The notes: a model not told the origin generated them from the letters alone. Positions 1 through 9,633 are shown, numbered from the stretch's first letter. The stretch: 32,000 nucleotides of DNA from an uncultured Actinomycetota bacterium (GCA_963829525.1 CAWHIJ010000003.1:2075359-2107358); one strand, 5' to 3'. Program-made: numbers and translations.

Positions 1-1381
1 GGTAGACAGGGATCCCAACGAGGAAAGCGACTCCGGCCATGATGAACGGCGCGTACTCCTTCAGGAATGGCTCTCCGGTCATCCTGGAGTACCAGATGAA
101 GAGCAACGAGAACACGAGAGCCACGATGGCCACCGCAACGTCGCGGGCAAACCGGGGGGTGTGAATCTGCCGGTGGTCGACGAACCGCCACTTCAACTGG
201 GCGAGGGCAGAGAACGCATAGGGAATGGCTGCCGTGATGCCGGACATGTAGACAAGGACATTGAAGACGTCGTAGCCGGCGTTACCGATGAACGACACCA
301 TCATGGCCACCGAGGCAAGTACGGTACTGCTCACGATGCCGAAGACCGGCATCTGACGCCTGGACAGATGTGCAAACCGAGCTGGGAAGACACCATCTCG
401 GGCCGCAGCCATCGGCATTTCGGCACAGATCATCGTCCAGCCGACAAGGGCACCAAAACCAGAGACAATCACAGCAAGTGCAGCCGCCTGGCTTGCCCAA
501 GGACCCCACATCTCGCCGAATGCGGTGGAGAACGGGGCTGCGGACTCACTGAGTGCGGGGCTTCCCACGATGCCAAAGACTGCAAAGAGGGAGAGCAGGT
601 AGACGACCGCCGCCGCAAGAGTTCCGAAAATGGTTGCACGTGGGACGTTACGGTCCGGGTCCTCGACCCGGCCAGCAGCAACGGCCGCCGTCTCGACGCC
701 CAGATAGCTGAAGAGGCAGAGAGCCATCGCTCCGCCAATCGCGGCCGTCGTGCCTTCGCCACTCACATTGAACGGAGTCAGGTTTCCAGTCGAGACGTAT
801 AGCAGGCCTATGGTCGACATGATCGCCAACGGGACAAACTTGATGATCGACGTCCAGTACTGGAAGGACGCCATGTTCTTCATCCCGCTCGCGTTAATGG
901 CCGCAGGGAGCCACAGCCCGGCAAGACAGAGGCTGATCGCCAGCAGGTTGACCTCGGTGCCGGCAATGACCAGCGTCCAACCAAGCGTCCAGTACTCAGC
1001 CAGGAAGTACTGGACATAGAACACCCACCCAACCACGATCGCGGCATTCCCCGACCATGCCGTGATCCAGTAGAGCCATGCGTTCGAGAATCCGGTTGCG
1101 TTTCCAAAGGCGGCGCGCGCGTAGGCGTACGGACCTCCGTCAGCGGGAAGCCGCCGCGACATCGTGGCGAACAACACAGCCAGGGAGAGTGCCCCGACCG
1201 TAGTCAGCGCCATTGCCACCAGGCTGATCGGTCCATAGGCGGCCAACGACCCGGGGAGGTTGAAGATCCCAACCCCGATGATCGTGCCGACAATCAGTGC
1301 CGTGCTCTGCGGCAGCCTCATCCGAGGGGAAGCCGTAGCCGCTGGTGAGTTCTCGCGCCGAGCCGGCGCAAACGTTGTCAT
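1..1381 (-). CDS. APC-superfamily amino acid/polyamine permease; the 3' end runs off the window and about 460 N-terminal codons are present
   Basis: Absent from the ORF track because it has no in-window stop. Manual minus-strand translation from the ATG at 1381..1379 is uninterrupted to position 1: MTTFAPARRENSP..LIVGTIIGVGIFNLPG..ADGGPYAYARAAFGNATGFSNAWLYWITAW.. The frame is strongly hydrophobic and multi-TM, with a GGPYAY-type motif typical of APC/APA transporters. Confidence 0.85.
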   Translation of the reverse strand, partial: MTTFAPARRENSPAATASPRMRLPQSTALIVGTIIGVGIFNLPGSLAAYGPISLVAMALTTVGALSLAVLFATMSRRLPADGGPYAYARAAFGNATGFSNAWLYWITAWSGNAAIVVGWVFYVQYFLAEYWTLGWTLVIAGTEVNLLAISLCLAGLWLPAAINASGMKNMASFQYWTSIIKFVPLAIMSTIGLLYVSTGNLTPFNVSGEGTTAAIGGAMALCLFSYLGVETAAVAAGRVEDPDRNVPRATIFGTLAAAVVYLLSLFAVFGIVGSPALSESAAPFSTAFGEMWGPWASQAAALAVIVSGFGALVGWTMICAEMPMAAARDGVFPARFAHLSRRQMPVFGIVSSTVLASVAMMVSFIGNAGYDVFNVLVYMSGITAAIPYAFSALAQLKWRFVDHRQIHTPRFARDVAVAIVALVFSLLFIWYSRMTGEPFLKEYAPFIMAGVAFLVGIPVY

Positions 1382-1488
1382 CTCGCACGCTCCCTGAACG
1401 AACCGACATCACAAAGACGCCGGATCTGACTCTAGGAAACCGCAACCGATGACTGTGGACAACGGCCAAAAGACCTACGAATCCTGAC

Positions 1489-1764
1489 CTAGAACCAGGC
1501 CTTCTTCTCGACCATGTAGAGCTGGTAGAACTCCGCGTCCGACTTGGTGAGGTAAATGATGCCCTCAATCAGGCCGACGATCGAGCCAACGCCGCAGGTG
1601 AAGACGGTGATCAGGATGCGATAGATGCCGCCGGGTGTGTCCCCCAGCAGGAACCGGTGGATCCCCAATCCCCCGAGGATGATCCCCATGATCCCGCAAA
1701 GAATCTTCTTGGAGTTCACGTCGGGCGGAAGTGCTGGCTGTCCCATAGGTTGCTCGGTGCTCAT
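1489..1764 (-). CDS. TM2 domain-containing small membrane protein
   Basis: The ORF spans 1489..1800. I prefer the internal ATG at 1764, which is preceded by AGAGAGG. The GGLGIHRFLLG motif plus two hydrophobic helices is the TM2-domain signature. Confidence 0.75.
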   Translation of the reverse strand: MSTEQPMGQPALPPDVNSKKILCGIMGIILGGLGIHRFLLGDTPGGIYRILITVFTCGVGSIVGLIEGIIYLTKSDAEFYQLYMVEKKAWF

Positions 1765-1893
1765 GTCGACCTCTCTTGTCGGCTCGGTGCCGGATGGCAT
1801 CCTACGCAGCCGCCCCGGCCAAGTCAGCCAGTGACGCCCACATGTTGCGGACTAGCTTTCGCCGAAACCGGACGAGGCGCGATACTCGCACCA

Positions 1894-4287
1894 ATGCTCT
1901 CCTTCTCCAGCTGCACCCTTGATGTCGCGGGTCGGGTGCTGACGCTGAACGGTCGCGTCCAGCATCTCGAGCCGCAAGCCTTCGATGTCTTGGTGCACCT
2001 GCTGGAGAACCGCGAACGCGTCGTTGCCAAACAGGAGCTCTTGGAAACCATCTGGGGTGGGCAGTGGGTCTCCGAATCCGCCCTCACCACCAGAGTCAAG
2101 GAAATCAGGCGGGCGACCGGCGACACCGGCGAAGCCCAGGCCGTGGTTCGTACTGTTCGAGGGCATGGCTATCAGTTTGTGGCCGCAGTGGCGGAGGACA
2201 GAAGTTGGGATTCTTCGCCGCATCGACTAGTGGGGCGCGCCCGCGACATGCAAGAGCTCAGTCAGCGAGTTCAGCCAGGGGCGCTGGTGACGCTGGTCGG
2301 GCCTGGTGGAGTCGGGAAGACGACCCTGGCACGCACCTTGGTGGCCCAGTCGGCCGCTCGCTTCACCGAAGGTGCCATCGTCGTGGATCTCACGGTGCTG
2401 AACGACTCATCGCAACTCTTGGGCGCCGTTGCGCGTACAGCCAAGGCGGTGGAGCCGCCTGACAGCAAGCTCTCGTCGACGCTGAGTGCACTCGATGCCG
2501 TCCTGCTGCTCGATGATGCGGACGACCTCGTGCCCGAAGTGGCCCAGCTCTGTGCAGAGCTGGCTGAAAACCCCGATCGCCTTGCGGTAGTTGTCACCTC
2601 GAGAGAGCGCCTCGGCGTCCGTGGAGAGCAGCTCTGGCCCGTGCTTCCGCTCTCAGCTTCCGCTGCTCGAGAGCTGCTCGCGGCCAGGGCACGCGACCTC
2701 GCACCACTCGGTAGCCTCAGGGCGGCAGCCCCCGCGGATCTGGACGCCCTGAGCTCCGCGGTGGACCGCTTGCCCTTGGCTCTGGAGATGCTCGCCGGTA
2801 TGAGCGCCGTTCTCGGGGTCGACGACCTCTCGGCACTGGTCGATGCCCGACTCGACCTCATCACGACCGCACAACGCAGCACCCCTAAACGCCACCAGTC
2901 GCTCCAGCTGCTCGTGGCTGGTTCGATCAATCGGCTCGACGCTCATGCATTGGATGCGCTGACGGCGCTCACCAGCTTCGCCGGCGCCTTCACCCTCATC
3001 GACGCTGCGGCAGTTGTGAATGAAGGTGACAATGGCCTGTCGGTGGTTCGGGAACTGGTCGACCGTTCGCTGCTCTCCCCCGTCGATAGTGCCGACGAGC
3101 CGCGATTCCAGATGCTCCGCACGGTGCACCAAGCCGTCCTGAGTAAGGCCGATTCCGGGGAGCTGGAAGCAGCCGCTCGGCGGCATGCCGAGCTGGTGAT
3201 CGCAGCACTCGATCACGCGGACGCACAGCTACGGGGTACTGAGGAAGCCCGCGGGGCTGGGGCGTTCGAACGGCTGGCGGACGAGGCACGCGTTGCTCAC
3301 GCTTGGGCCCGCCGACGCGACCCGGCCCTGGCCGTTCGCCTCACGGCGGCACTGCACCTGTACGCCTACTCGCGACTCTGGGCCGAACCCGCACGGTGGG
3401 CAGAGGCGATCGCGGGCAGCGCAGGTCAGCAGGGGTCAGTGCTGGTGGCTCTGGCCTCGCAAGCTGCGCAAGAGGGGCGACTGGCCGAGGCCGCAACCTC
3501 GTCCGAGAGGTTGCTTGCGGATGATGACTCGCGGGTGCGTGCTTGGGCACTGGAAGTGCTCTCCGACGTCGGGATCTACCGAGGAGATCTCGAGCGAGCG
3601 AGGGAGTGCTCGCTCGCTCTGATCGACCTGGGGAAGGAGCACGGCGAGCCCCGAATGGTTGCCATTGGGCTGACCAATGCCGCGCTCTCGTGGCTCTACC
3701 AAGGACGCCCGGACCAAACGATCATGCTCCTGGACACCTACGCCCGCGATGTCATCGATTCGTGCGCGCCGTCAGAGCAGGCGTGGCTCGCGTTCGCCCG
3801 CGGCGAGGCACTCGCCGAGATCGACGCCAACGCCGCTGATGGATTCCTGCTCGAGTCAGTCCGGCTGGGCAACAGCGTCGGCAACAGATTCGTGGCCGGT
3901 ATCGCCACCTCAGTACTTGCCGCGCTGGAGGCCGAACGAGGCAATCTCAAGGGTGCGGCCGCGTCCTACATCGAAGTTCTTGGAACGTTCCTTCGACAGG
4001 GAAACGTCACCCATCTGACCACCTTCCTGCGCAACATAGTCCCGCTGCTGGCGAGCCTGGGCGAGGCAGCCACCGCCGCCGTTGTTGGTGCGTGGGTACT
4101 CGGACCCTCGGCAAGGCCCAGCTATGGACCAGATGTCGAGGCAGCCCTCGCAACGCTAGAAACCCTCCGGGGCAGCCACGGCGATACGCAGCTGGAAACC
4201 TGGACTGAGCAGGGCCGGCCTCTCACCGCACCCGAGGCAGCAGAGTTGGCCCTTGTCGCACTACGCCGGCACACCGAGTCCAGCTGA
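1894..4287 (+). CDS. Transcriptional regulator: OmpR/PhoB-type winged-helix DNA-binding domain + P-loop STAND/NB-ARC-like ATPase + C-terminal helical (TPR-like) region
   Basis: The ORF spans 1657..4287. Starting at the ATG at 1894 gives MLSFSSCTLDVAGRVLTLNGRVQHLEPQAFDVLVHLLENRERVVAKQELLETIWG..VRGHGYQF, a Trans_reg_C pattern. It is followed directly by the Walker A motif GPGGVGKTT, the Walker B-like LLLDDADD, and a long Ala/Leu-rich helical tail. No BTAD-length spacer separates the wHTH from the P-loop. Confidence 0.8.
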   Translation: MLSFSSCTLDVAGRVLTLNGRVQHLEPQAFDVLVHLLENRERVVAKQELLETIWGGQWVSESALTTRVKEIRRATGDTGEAQAVVRTVRGHGYQFVAAVAEDRSWDSSPHRLVGRARDMQELSQRVQPGALVTLVGPGGVGKTTLARTLVAQSAARFTEGAIVVDLTVLNDSSQLLGAVARTAKAVEPPDSKLSSTLSALDAVLLLDDADDLVPEVAQLCAELAENPDRLAVVVTSRERLGVRGEQLWPVLPLSASAARELLAARARDLAPLGSLRAAAPADLDALSSAVDRLPLALEMLAGMSAVLGVDDLSALVDARLDLITTAQRSTPKRHQSLQLLVAGSINRLDAHALDALTALTSFAGAFTLIDAAAVVNEGDNGLSVVRELVDRSLLSPVDSADEPRFQMLRTVHQAVLSKADSGELEAAARRHAELVIAALDHADAQLRGTEEARGAGAFERLADEARVAHAWARRRDPALAVRLTAALHLYAYSRLWAEPARWAEAIAGSAGQQGSVLVALASQAAQEGRLAEAATSSERLLADDDSRVRAWALEVLSDVGIYRGDLERARECSLALIDLGKEHGEPRMVAIGLTNAALSWLYQGRPDQTIMLLDTYARDVIDSCAPSEQAWLAFARGEALAEIDANAADGFLLESVRLGNSVGNRFVAGIATSVLAALEAERGNLKGAAASYIEVLGTFLRQGNVTHLTTFLRNIVPLLASLGEAATAAVVGAWVLGPSARPSYGPDVEAALATLETLRGSHGDTQLETWTEQGRPLTAPEAAELALVALRRHTESS

Positions 4288-4362
4288 AACGAAGCGGCGA
4301 TCCTCAGGCACTCCCCACGTCATCCTCATGCATCGGCGGCATAAATCTGCTCAACTCATGGC

Positions 4363-5307
4363 ATGACAACACAGCACACGGGCGACCTCGTACCCGATGA
4401 CCTGATGCTCACCGACGGCGGCCTCGAGACGGTCCTGGTCTTCGAAGACGGGATGGACCTCCCCGCCTTTGCCGCATTTCCCCTTCTCGACACCGATACC
4501 GGCAAGGATCGACTCCGCCGGTACTACCGTGACTACATGGTGCTGGCTGCCGAGGCCGACGCCGGGTACGTCCTGGAGACCCCCACCTGGCGTGCGAACC
4601 CCGACTGGGGCGCTCAGCTGGACTACTCGCGCAACGACCTGCGCCGCATCGCACACGACGCCGTGGAACTCGGCGGTGGGCTGCGGGAGACGTGGGACGG
4701 AGCTGGACGCTTCCTGATCAGCGGATGTATTGGCCCGCGAGGTGACGGCTACATCCCTGGCCAGACGATGTCTGGCACAGAGGCTGCCGAGTACCACCGG
4801 CAACAGGTCGGCGACCTCGCTGACGCAGGCGCTGACCTGGTGAGTGCGTTGACGCTTTCCTACGTCGAGGAGGGGGTAGGCGTGGCAGCGGCGGCCGCCG
4901 AGCGCGGCATACCCTCGGTGATCGGCTTCACTGTGGAAACGGATGGGCGCCTGCCGTCGGGTCCCTCGCTTGGCGAGGCGATCGAACAGGTCGACGCCGC
5001 GACTGGCTCGGCTCCCGCGTGGTTCCTGGTCAACTGCGCCCATCCGGACCACGTTCTTCCAGGGCTACCCGAGCAGGACGAACCATGGCTGTCACGGATC
5101 GGCGCCTACCGAGCCAACGCGTCCCGCATGAGCCACGCCGAGCTCGATGAGATGGAGGTGCTGGACGACGGTGACCCCACCGATCTCGCTGGAGGCTACC
5201 TAGCGCTGCGATGCCGAGTACCGGGGATACGCGTGATCGGCGGGTGCTGCGGCACCGATGTACGGCACGTGGCGGCAGCATCGAAGGCCTGGCAATCGAG
5301 TTCCTGA
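4363..5307 (+). CDS. Homocysteine S-methyltransferase family protein
   Basis: N-terminal LTDGGLETVL, central ISGCIGPRGDGY and C-terminal IGGCCGT (zinc-binding Cys pair) match the S-methyl_trans (PF02574) layout. Confidence 0.8.
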   Translation: MTTQHTGDLVPDDLMLTDGGLETVLVFEDGMDLPAFAAFPLLDTDTGKDRLRRYYRDYMVLAAEADAGYVLETPTWRANPDWGAQLDYSRNDLRRIAHDAVELGGGLRETWDGAGRFLISGCIGPRGDGYIPGQTMSGTEAAEYHRQQVGDLADAGADLVSALTLSYVEEGVGVAAAAAERGIPSVIGFTVETDGRLPSGPSLGEAIEQVDAATGSAPAWFLVNCAHPDHVLPGLPEQDEPWLSRIGAYRANASRMSHAELDEMEVLDDGDPTDLAGGYLALRCRVPGIRVIGGCCGTDVRHVAAASKAWQSSS

Positions 5308-5438
5308 CCATATCGCCCTCGTTCGTAACGGTCCCGGAACGCTTGCAGCGAAGAATCACAGCGGCTCCAGAAGTCACCTGAATGAGTCGGTGGTTCTGCT
5401 GACGTCAGGGACGCAAACGCACAACGAAGGGACCGGTT

Positions 5439-6278
5439 GTGAAGCTCCATACGAAGGTTTCTGTTCTCATGGTGGCCGCGTCGATCGCTGCGGCGGGCCT
5501 GGCCATCGCCCCCGGCACTGCAGCATCCGGAGCAAGTGACGCACTCGCACGACCGGGAGCCCCCGGCCAACCCAAATTGGTCAAGATCCGAAGCAACGAC
5601 AAGAGGGTGACGGTCAGCGATGCACACTTCCGCCCAGGTGTGACCGAGTTCCGAGTACGGCATACCACCCATCGCAAGACTTCAATCACCATCTTCGAGA
5701 CCAAGAAGCTCGACCGCCTCTTCAAGAAGTTCGGTGAGGCTGGGCAGAGCGCCGACGCCATGAAGACAGTCGACCGCATCGCGACGTTCTACGGCGGTGG
5801 TGGTGAGGGGACCCGTTGGCAGGTCAGACTGAGCGAAGGCTCCTATTATGTGATCGGCGACAAACAGAATCTGACCACCATCAAGGTCAGCGGCGAGCGA
5901 CGCAACGCCAAGATGGCCAAGGCCGATAGCGAGATCTGGACCACCAAGGACAACCAGTTCAAGACCTCCGACAAGCTCAGTGGCAAGTGGGTCAGCTTCA
6001 CCAACCACTCACGGGAGATCCACTTCGCGGAAGGCGACCACGTGGCGGCCGACACCAGCGCCAAGGACGTTCAGCAGGGGCTGAACTCTCCGAACGAACC
6101 TACCTGGATCCGAAAGGGCGGATTTCACTTTGACATCCAGTCGCCCGGAATCAAGACCGTTCACCGGCAGAACATCGAGGGCTACAAGTACCTGCTGATG
6201 TGCTGGATGCCAAGCGAGGAACAGGACGGCGTTCCGCACGCCATGATGGGGATGTGGCACCTGGTCTGGGGGAGCTAA
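5439..6278 (+). CDS. Secreted protein with a cupredoxin-like C-terminal domain (putative type-1 copper site)
   Basis: GTG start preceded by GAAGGGA. The signal peptide is MKLHTKVSVLMVAASIAAAGLAIAPGTAASGA. In the C-terminal half, VSFTNHSREIHF, then ~60 aa, then LLMCWMPSEEQDGVPHAMMGMWHLV resembles the His..Cys..His..Met ligand order of blue copper proteins. The stop lies 5 nt before the multicopper oxidase start. Confidence 0.7.
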   Translation: MKLHTKVSVLMVAASIAAAGLAIAPGTAASGASDALARPGAPGQPKLVKIRSNDKRVTVSDAHFRPGVTEFRVRHTTHRKTSITIFETKKLDRLFKKFGEAGQSADAMKTVDRIATFYGGGGEGTRWQVRLSEGSYYVIGDKQNLTTIKVSGERRNAKMAKADSEIWTTKDNQFKTSDKLSGKWVSFTNHSREIHFAEGDHVAADTSAKDVQQGLNSPNEPTWIRKGGFHFDIQSPGIKTVHRQNIEGYKYLLMCWMPSEEQDGVPHAMMGMWHLVWGS

Positions 6279-6283
6279 ATCCC

Positions 6284-7789
6284 ATGCGTCGACCTGATGG
6301 TCTGTCGATAGCGGTGAGCGCACTTGCGCTTACCGCCATCGCGGTCGTCTTGGCCCCCTCCGCATCCTCCGCTGGACCGTGCAGCAGAATTCAGAACGAC
6401 AAGATGAGGCAGAAATGCCTCGATAGCCTGATGCCCGAGATGTACTCGATCCACGAGATGGGCACTCCTGTCTACGGCGGTGGAAGCCGTCACTACAACG
6501 GGACCATCCGTAGCGTGGCTCGACTTCGTGGCCCCGATGGCCCGGCCGACGTGTCTTACACGCTCGAGACCGCGTTCGAGCGAGCGAAGGTCGCGGGACG
6601 TCGACAGCTGGTCTACACGATCAACGGCAAGAGCCCAGGGCCGACTGTCTACGCCGAGCAGGGCGACGTGGTGAAGGTGACCCTGAAGAACCGCAACATC
6701 GCGGCCGGCACGAGCCTTCACTGGCACGGCATCGACGTGCCCAACGGCGAAGATGGCGTTGCCGGGGTCACTCAGAACGCTGTGCTGCCAGGTGACCGGT
6801 TCGTGTACCGCTTCCGCGCCCGCGATGCGGGGACGTACTGGTACCACTCGCACCAGTACTCCGAGCGCCAGGTGACCCAGGGCCTGATTGGGGCGGTCGT
6901 CATCACCCCGCGGGGTGCGCCGACCCCACCGGATGCAGCCCGCGACGTGCCAGCCGTCGTGCACAGCTACCGCGGACGCAACACGATCAACGGCCGCACC
7001 GGAACCTGGGCCGTTAGCGGAAACGTCGGCGATCGTCGGATTCGATTCGTGAACACCAACCAGACGGTCATGCGGGTGGCATCAAGCGCTCCCTACAAGG
7101 TCGTAGCCATCGACGGCGTGAACGTCAACGGACCAACCACAGTCGGCGCTGGCACGTCGGTGGAGGTGCCAGCTGCGGGGCGGGTAGACATCGTGCTCGA
7201 TGGCAGCGCAAGCTCTGCGCGGGTCGGTGTGCTGAACGGCCCTAGCCTCGTATTCGGAGGCGGCTCCCCCCCGGCCCTCTCAGCGAGCCAGAGCCTCGAC
7301 TTACTGGAGTACGGCGCGCCGGACCCCTCGGTGAGCACTCCCACTCCCGATCGTCGTTTCGACTACGTCCTTGGCCAGAAAGCCGGGTACCTCGATGGAA
7401 GGTACGGCACGTGGTTCAGCATCAATGGGGCGCTCATCCCTCACGTGCCCATGTTCATGGTGAAGCCAGACGAGACGGTGCGGGTGCGCTTCAAGAACAA
7501 CACCTCGATTGATCACCCCATGCACCTACACGGCCAACACATGCTGGTGCTCAACCGCAACGGAGCGCCATCAACGGGGTCGCCGTGGTGGGTCGACACC
7601 CTCGAGATCCATCCCGGCGAGGAGTTCACCGTTCAGGTGACCACCGATAACCCCGGCGACTGGATGTTCCACTGCCACATCCTTTCGCACGCGTCGGCCG
7701 GGCTTATGACGCATATGTCCTACCTGAATGTGCGCAATCCATTCCGCATCGGTGTGATCACCCGGAATCTCACCAACCATCCGGAGTAG
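6284..7789 (+). CDS. Multicopper oxidase (laccase/CopA-like), secreted
   Basis: All four copper motifs are present: HWHG, WYHSH, HPMHLHG and HCHILSHASAGLM. The ATG at 6284 gives the signal-like N-terminus MRRPDGLSIAVSALALTAIAVVLAPSASSA. The track start at 6200 would overlap the upstream gene. Confidence 0.9.
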   Translation: MRRPDGLSIAVSALALTAIAVVLAPSASSAGPCSRIQNDKMRQKCLDSLMPEMYSIHEMGTPVYGGGSRHYNGTIRSVARLRGPDGPADVSYTLETAFERAKVAGRRQLVYTINGKSPGPTVYAEQGDVVKVTLKNRNIAAGTSLHWHGIDVPNGEDGVAGVTQNAVLPGDRFVYRFRARDAGTYWYHSHQYSERQVTQGLIGAVVITPRGAPTPPDAARDVPAVVHSYRGRNTINGRTGTWAVSGNVGDRRIRFVNTNQTVMRVASSAPYKVVAIDGVNVNGPTTVGAGTSVEVPAAGRVDIVLDGSASSARVGVLNGPSLVFGGGSPPALSASQSLDLLEYGAPDPSVSTPTPDRRFDYVLGQKAGYLDGRYGTWFSINGALIPHVPMFMVKPDETVRVRFKNNTSIDHPMHLHGQHMLVLNRNGAPSTGSPWWVDTLEIHPGEEFTVQVTTDNPGDWMFHCHILSHASAGLMTHMSYLNVRNPFRIGVITRNLTNHPE

Positions 7790-7819
7790 GCGGCCCTCGA
7801 GCAGGGACCGATCTCACGA

Positions 7820-9427
7820 CTACGCAGAAACCGCCTCAGGCTCTGGCTCCTTGCGACCAGGGAGTGCTTCATGGGGCAAATCCCGGGTGAACGGCAGACT
7901 CAAGAGCGCGAGGAGTGCGGCGGCCAGCAGCCCAGTCTTGAGCGCTTGGATCTGCGCCTGTGAGTAGTCGTCGACGATGGCTGACGCAGTCGCCTCGTCC
8001 ACACCTGCGTCGTCGACCGCCGTCTGCACCTCGTCGACCGTCAAGAAGTCGATCCCGGTACCTGCCGCCACCCCCACCTGTGCAGAAACGTCAGCACCAA
8101 TGCGTTGGTCAGTTGACACGTTAGTCACGAAGGCACTCGTCAATCCGGAAAGCACGATCGCCCCGATGAGGGCGACACCGAGCGATGACCCGAGTTGCTG
8201 GCCGGTGTATTGCAGACCACCCGCCTCCGCCCGGCCGGACGCGTCAACGGAGGACTGCACCACGTTGCCGAGTTGAGAGGCAAGCAAGCCCATCCCAACT
8301 CCCAGCAAGCCCATCGCCCAGGCGAATGATGACTCGTCCAGTTCCACATTGACCGTGCTCATCAGAATCACCGCGGCCAACATGGTGAGGGTGAGGCCAG
8401 TGCGGACGATGCCTCGCACCGTGAACCGAGTCGACAGCCGCGAACCGACAACCGAAGCAACGAGCATGGCAACCGAAACGGGCAGCATCTTGATCCCGGT
8501 GTCCAACGCGTCAAGGCCGAGGACGACCTGCAGATAGAGGGGGACCACGAAGAAGACGCCCATCAGGATGAGGTTCTGTGACAGGAGCCCAACGAGGCCA
8601 GACTTAAGCGGCGCGATCTTGAGGAGATCGAGGTGGACCAGCGGGTCGTTGTCAGTCGCCTCGCGATGCCGCTGCCACCGTACGAACGCCCAGGCGAGAA
8701 GTGCGCCTCCCGCGATCACGAAGAGCGTGAGAGAGAACCCAAAGGGTTCGATCGGCGAGTCCTTCGGCTCGATCCACCCCCAGGTGCTCGACTGAAGCGT
8801 CCCCAGCACGATGGCGCCCAGTGCTGAGGCCGACAGCACCGTACCCACAAAGTCCAGCGACAACTTCGGCCCTTCGCGCAGCGCATCCCCGACCTTGGAC
8901 GTCATGACGAGGATGAAGATCACCAGGACAACCTCACCGGCAAACACCACTCGCCAACTGAGCTCTGTGGTGGCCCAGCCACCCAGGATCGGCCCGATAG
9001 CGATACCCGCTCCTGCCACACCGCCGATCACGGCGTACGCCGCCTTGCGGTGCTGCCCCTCAAAGTTTCCGGCGATCAAGGCGGCCATCGCCGGAAGCAC
9101 CATCGCTGCCCCGAGGCCTTCCAGCACTGACCATCCAAGAGTCAAGACAGCCACGGACTGTGAAACTGCGGTAAGGGCCGAACCGAACCCATAGATGATC
9201 AGGCCAACGACAAAGGCTCGGCGGCGGCCGATGATGTCGCCAATCTTGGCGCCGGTGAGCATGAACATGGCCATCACCAGGCAGTAGAAGGTGATGACTG
9301 CCTGAATCGTTGTCACGGTGGTGTCGAACTCGGCGACAAGCGTGCTGATCGAGACGTTCATCACCGACTGGTCGAGGACCATGATGAACTGCGCCGTTGC
9401 AAGCGCAACGAGAGCCGACCACTTCAT
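7820..9427 (-). CDS. MFS transporter, DHA2 (EmrB/QacA-like, ~14 TMS) family
   Basis: 535 aa and highly hydrophobic. N-terminal AQFIMVLDQSVMNVSI and GDIIGRRRAF are motifs typical of DHA2 drug:H+ antiporters. Confidence 0.9.
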   Translation of the reverse strand: MKWSALVALATAQFIMVLDQSVMNVSISTLVAEFDTTVTTIQAVITFYCLVMAMFMLTGAKIGDIIGRRRAFVVGLIIYGFGSALTAVSQSVAVLTLGWSVLEGLGAAMVLPAMAALIAGNFEGQHRKAAYAVIGGVAGAGIAIGPILGGWATTELSWRVVFAGEVVLVIFILVMTSKVGDALREGPKLSLDFVGTVLSASALGAIVLGTLQSSTWGWIEPKDSPIEPFGFSLTLFVIAGGALLAWAFVRWQRHREATDNDPLVHLDLLKIAPLKSGLVGLLSQNLILMGVFFVVPLYLQVVLGLDALDTGIKMLPVSVAMLVASVVGSRLSTRFTVRGIVRTGLTLTMLAAVILMSTVNVELDESSFAWAMGLLGVGMGLLASQLGNVVQSSVDASGRAEAGGLQYTGQQLGSSLGVALIGAIVLSGLTSAFVTNVSTDQRIGADVSAQVGVAAGTGIDFLTVDEVQTAVDDAGVDEATASAIVDDYSQAQIQALKTGLLAAALLALLSLPFTRDLPHEALPGRKEPEPEAVSA

Positions 9428-9633
9428 CGAGGTGAACTCTCGACCAGAGCCTTGAGCTGACCTAGCCCCTTCTCGAAGTCCGGCCCGATCAGCGCGTCCA
9501 TCGACTTGAAGATGCCCATGACGCGCCGAAAGTCGACGACGAGGGCGTAGATCTCTGCTGGCGCCGAGTCGATCGGGATTGACCGCTCCACGGTGTAGGT
9601 GTCATTGGACATATCGGGGAGCGTAGTAACCAT
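9424..9633 (-). CDS. Short SRPBCC-like ORF, an apparent in-frame internal-deletion relic
   Basis: 69 aa. YTVERSIPIDSAPAEIYALVVDF looks like an SRPBCC N-terminus and is joined directly to MDALIGPDFEKGLGQLKALVE, which looks like an SRPBCC C-terminus. The central ~80 aa of a normal domain are missing. The stop overlaps the MFS start (ATGA at 9424..9427). Confidence 0.5.
   Translation of the reverse strand: MVTTLPDMSNDTYTVERSIPIDSAPAEIYALVVDFRRVMGIFKSMDALIGPDFEKGLGQLKALVESSPR

Noticed and set aside
1657-1893. 79-codon N-terminal extension of the regulator ORF
   Set aside because: It overlaps the divergent TM2 gene and its promoter region. The OmpR-type domain begins right at the ATG at 1894.
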